A stretch of 63,968 bases of DNA, counting the filler. It is 6 parts of 6 records of this genome, joined end to end, with 100 filler letters (N's around TTAATTAATTAA, not from the genome) between each part and the next. Parts side by side here need not be neighbours in the genome. Positions count along the whole stretch, not along the records: positions 58,907 to 63,968 come from DRR378314_1629; 5 more parts are not named here. One strand, 5' to 3'. A model generated the notes under the pieces. The model was not told where the DNA came from. It did no database searches and saw only the letters and a list, made by a program, of their open reading frames with translations. Below are positions 60,592-63,968 of the stretch, piece after piece. The position numbers and the translations under genes were made by a program. The first letter of the stretch is position 1. Each line of letters opens with the position of its first letter.

Positions 60592-61923
60592 TCAGCGCAT
60601 AATGCCGCCGCTACCGTAGCCTTTCAGGTTGGACTTCTTCATCACCGAGTCATATTGATGCGACATGAGATGCGACTGCACCTGGGCCATGAAGTCCATG
60701 ATGACCACAACCACGATCAGAAGCGAAGTTCCGCCGAAGAAAAACGGCACGTTCCACGCAACGATCAAGAACTGGGGCATCAAGGAAACCGCAGTGATAT
60801 ACAAGGCACCGAATAAAGTAAGACGAGTCATTACTTTATCGATATAGCGAGCGGTCTGCTCGCCGGGGCGAATGCCCGGCAGGAAGGCGCCTGACTTTTT
60901 AAGATTGTCAGCCACATCCTTGGGGTTGAAGACCAGCGCTGTGTAAAAGAAGCAGAAGAATACCACTGCCGCCGCGAAAAGCAAGATGTAAAGCGGTTGG
61001 CCGGGGCCTAACGCTTGTGATGCACGCTGCAACCACTCCATTCCTTCGCCAGCACCCACCCACTGACCAATAGAGGCCGGGAAGAGTAAAATACTGGAAG
61101 CGAAGATTGCTGGAATAACACCAGCCATATTCACTTTCAAAGGCAGGTAGCTGCTTTGGCCTGCATACATCTTATTGCCGACCTGACGCCTGGGGTAGTT
61201 CACTTTCAAGCGGCGTTGACCGCGCTCAATGAACACCACAAACGCAACGGTAGCAATACCTAGCACTGACAGCGCTAACAGCGGAAGAACATTCCAGGCA
61301 CCTTCATTACGAGCAAGCTCGAACGCTTGCCCAACGGCACTGGGCAGCCCAGCGACAATCCCCGCGAAGATCAGCAGCGAAATACCGTTGCCGATGCCCT
61401 TCTCGGTGATCTGCTCACCTAGCCACATCATAAACACCGCACCTGATACAAATGTAATCACGGCGGTGAAAAAGAAGCTGAAGTCAGCGCTGTATGCGAT
61501 GCCTTGGCTAGCCAGACCGACGGACATACCGGTAGCCTGGACGAAAGCCAGTATCACCGTGCCGTAGCGCGTGTACTGGCTAATCTTGCGGCGGCCAGCC
61601 TCACCCTCTTTCTTGAGCTGCTCAAGATGAGGGGAGACCGCAGTCATGAGCTGCATGATAATCGACGCCGAAATGTAGGGCATTATGCCCAGGGCGAGGA
61701 CGCTCATGCGCTCCAGGGCGCCACCCGAGAACATGTTAAACATGCCTAGGATGGTGCCCTGTTGCTCCCTAAACAAGGCAGCAAGCTGGTCAGGATTGAT
61801 ACCGGGAACGGGAATGTGGGCACCAATACGGTACACCACGATGGCGAGGAGCACGAAGCGCAAACGCGCCCACAGTTCACTCAGACCGCTGCCCATCGCC
61901 GGCATATTTCCTGACTTGGCCAT
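60592..61923 (-). CDS. secY: Preprotein translocase subunit SecY
   Basis: [48 protein letters not shown]. Confidence 0.98.
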   Translation of the reverse strand: MAKSGNMPAMGSGLSELWARLRFVLLAIVVYRIGAHIPVPGINPDQLAALFREQQGTILGMFNMFSGGALERMSVLALGIMPYISASIIMQLMTAVSPHLEQLKKEGEAGRRKISQYTRYGTVILAFVQATGMSVGLASQGIAYSADFSFFFTAVITFVSGAVFMMWLGEQITEKGIGNGISLLIFAGIVAGLPSAVGQAFELARNEGAWNVLPLLALSVLGIATVAFVVFIERGQRRLKVNYPRRQVGNKMYAGQSSYLPLKVNMAGVIPAIFASSILLFPASIGQWVGAGEGMEWLQRASQALGPGQPLYILLFAAAVVFFCFFYTALVFNPKDVADNLKKSGAFLPGIRPGEQTARYIDKVMTRLTLFGALYITAVSLMPQFLIVAWNVPFFFGGTSLLIVVVVIMDFMAQVQSHLMSHQYDSVMKKSNLKGYGSGGIMR

Positions 61924-62358
61924 TTAGTCCTCTACCTTGCCGCCGGCGGCTTCGATCGCTTCACGGGCACCTTTGGTGACCTTGATACCACGAACGGTAA
62001 CCGCCTTTTTCAGTTCGCCAGAAAGGATGATCTTCGCATGAAGCGTCGCATCCTTTAGCACGTTGGCTTGCTTCAGGGTTTCCATAGTGACTTCGTCACC
62101 GGCAACCTTGGCAAGTTCAGCCAGACGTACTTCTTCAGATACCAATGACTTAGCAGACGTAAAGCCGAACTTCGGCAAACGACGCTGCAATGGCATCTGA
62201 CCGCCTTCGAAACCAGGCTTGACGCTACCGCCACTGCGAGATTTCTGACCTTTGTGGCCACGGCCACCGGTCTTACCAAGACCGGAACCGATACCACGAC
62301 CAACGCGCTTTTCAGCGTGTTTGGAGCCCGGTGCCGGGCTCAGGGTATTGAGTTTCAT
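61924..62358 (-). CDS. rplO: 50S ribosomal protein L15
   Basis: [41 protein letters not shown]. Confidence 0.98.
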   Translation of the reverse strand: MKLNTLSPAPGSKHAEKRVGRGIGSGLGKTGGRGHKGQKSRSGGSVKPGFEGGQMPLQRRLPKFGFTSAKSLVSEEVRLAELAKVAGDEVTMETLKQANVLKDATLHAKIILSGELKKAVTVRGIKVTKGAREAIEAAGGKVED

Positions 62359-62361
62359 GGA

Positions 62362-62544
62362 TTACTCTCCCTCAACGCGCACAAGGTAGTTAACCTTGTG
62401 GATCATGCCGCGTACGGCAGGGGTGTCTTCCAGCTCAACCGTATGACCGATGCGACGCAGACCCAGGCCCTTCATAGTAGCCTTGTGCTTGGGCAAAACG
62501 CCGATGGTGCTGCGGATCTGGGTAACCTTGATCGTTGCTGCCAT
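62362..62544 (-). CDS. rpmD: 50S ribosomal protein L30
   Basis: [34 protein letters not shown]. Confidence 0.97.
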   Translation of the reverse strand: MAATIKVTQIRSTIGVLPKHKATMKGLGLRRIGHTVELEDTPAVRGMIHKVNYLVRVEGE

Positions 62545-62550
62545 GGTGCC

Positions 62551-63051
62551 TTACCCCGTGATCGCTTCGACAGACAGACCGCGCTTAGCGGCAATGTCTT
62601 CCGGTGCTTGCATGGAGGAGAGACCTTTAACAGTCGCTCGCACCACGTTAACCGGGTTGGTGGAACCGTAGCACTTGGCCAGTACATCATGGACACCAGC
62701 GAGCTCTAGTACAGAGCGCATGGCACCGCCAGCGATGATACCGGTACCTTCAGAAGCCGGCTGCATGTACACCTTAGAAGCACCGTGACGGGCTTTTATC
62801 GGGTACTGAAGCGTATGGCCTGCAAGGTTAACCTTGACCATGTTGCGACGAGCTTGATCCATCGCTTTCTGGATCGCAACAGGCACTTCACGCGCCTTGC
62901 CACGACCAAAACCGACACGACCTTTACCATCACCAACGACGGTCAGCGCGGTGAAGCCGAAAATACGACCACCTTTGACCACCTTGGCGACGCGGTTGAC
63001 CTGCACTAACTTCTCTTGCAGATCACCGCTTTGCTGTTCGTTCTTCGCCAT
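62551..63051 (-). CDS. rpsE: 30S ribosomal protein S5
   Basis: [36 protein letters not shown]. Confidence 0.98.
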   Translation of the reverse strand: MAKNEQQSGDLQEKLVQVNRVAKVVKGGRIFGFTALTVVGDGKGRVGFGRGKAREVPVAIQKAMDQARRNMVKVNLAGHTLQYPIKARHGASKVYMQPASEGTGIIAGGAMRSVLELAGVHDVLAKCYGSTNPVNVVRATVKGLSSMQAPEDIAAKRGLSVEAITG

Positions 63052-63062
63052 CGTAAAACCCT

Positions 63063-63413
63063 TTAGAATTCCAGGCCGCCTTCACGAGCGGCGTCGGCCA
63101 GAGCCTTAACGCGACCGTGATACTTAAAGCCAGCACGATCGAAGGCCACCTGGGTGATGCCTGCTTCTTTAGCGCGTTCAGCAATCAGAGCGCCAACCTT
63201 AGAGGCGGCTTCTGCGTTGCCAGTCGCACCCTCGCGCAGTGCTTTGTCCAGCGTAGAAGCACTGGCTAGCACTTTGCCACCATCCGGCGAGATAATCTGC
63301 GCATAGATGTGACGCGGGGTACGGTTGACGCACAGGCGATACACGCCCAGCTCGCGGATCTTTGCGCGAGCGCGGCGGGCACGACGGAGACGAGATTCTT
63401 TCTTCGCGTTCAT
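63063..63413 (-). CDS. rplR: 50S ribosomal protein L18
   Basis: [37 protein letters not shown]. Confidence 0.98.
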   Translation of the reverse strand: MNAKKESRLRRARRARAKIRELGVYRLCVNRTPRHIYAQIISPDGGKVLASASTLDKALREGATGNAEAASKVGALIAERAKEAGITQVAFDRAGFKYHGRVKALADAAREGGLEF

Positions 63414-63422
63414 AACCCTGCC

Positions 63423-63953
63423 TTACTTCTTCTTGGCTTCTTTGCGACGCACCTGCTCGTCGGCGTACCGAACACCCTTGCCTTTATACGGCTCAGGGGG
63501 ACGGAAGGCGCGGATTTCCGCGGCGCACTGGCCGAGCATCTGCTTGTCCGCGCTTTTCAGCACGATCACGGTGTTCTTCGGCGTTTCCGCTGAGACACCC
63601 TTAGGCAGTTCATAGTCGACCGGGTGCGAGAAGCCCAGTGAAAGATTGAGCGTCTGGCCCTTAGCTTGGGCACGATAACCGACGCCTACAATTTCGAGAG
63701 TTTTTGTGAAACCCTCGGATACGCCCGTTACCAGGTTCTGAACCAAGGCGCGGGTAGTACCGGCCATTGCCCAGCTCTTGGCAGACTCACTCGGGGCGAA
63801 GGTCAGCTGGCCATCTTCTTGACCAATCACCACGTCCTGGTGAATGGGCATAGATAGCGTGCCCTGGCCGCCTTTGGCGGTCAGCTGGCCAGCGTCGATT
63901 TTAATCTCGACACCAGCAGGCACTTTAACCGGATATTTCGCTATGCGGGACAT
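63423..63953 (-). CDS. rplF: 50S ribosomal protein L6
   Basis: [35 protein letters not shown]. Confidence 0.98.
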   Translation of the reverse strand: MSRIAKYPVKVPAGVEIKIDAGQLTAKGGQGTLSMPIHQDVVIGQEDGQLTFAPSESAKSWAMAGTTRALVQNLVTGVSEGFTKTLEIVGVGYRAQAKGQTLNLSLGFSHPVDYELPKGVSAETPKNTVIVLKSADKQMLGQCAAEIRAFRPPEPYKGKGVRYADEQVRRKEAKKK

Positions 63954-63968
63954 TCCAGCCTCCTAGAA

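Overview
This window is six unrelated contigs joined by 100-nt artificial spacers (N44-TTAATTAATTAA-N44), not one locus. Four contigs (1-21408, 21509-37176, 45123-52490, 52591-58806) come from an intron-containing flagellated eukaryote using the standard code; that they are one organism is an inference from shared style. They carry NME7 (7 exons), an intronless Na+/H+ exchanger, a head-to-head eIF4A/RPS25 pair, the 3' part of IFT122, a very divergent cytoplasmic dynein-1-type heavy chain, CAF-1 p60, a possible longin-domain gene, the 3' end of ATG5 and the nucleoporin Tpr/Mlp1. Contig 37277-45022 is a GC-rich proteobacterial (Alcanivorax-like, inferred) acyl-CoA oxidation cluster. Contig 58907-63968 is a gammaproteobacterial (Halomonas-like, inferred) spc/alpha ribosomal operon. 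I found no CRISPR array, mobile element, rRNA or tRNA, and no clearly new multi-gene system. The best leads are: the dynein with a naturally dead AAA4 site; GC rising sharply inside long exons; +4C splice donors; an animal plasma-membrane-type NHE in a protist; possible start-codon microexons; and, in the bacterial contig, an inverted heptamer hairpin and a phosphatase paired with an ACAD10/11-type enzyme. Family assignments come from remembered motifs, not database searches.
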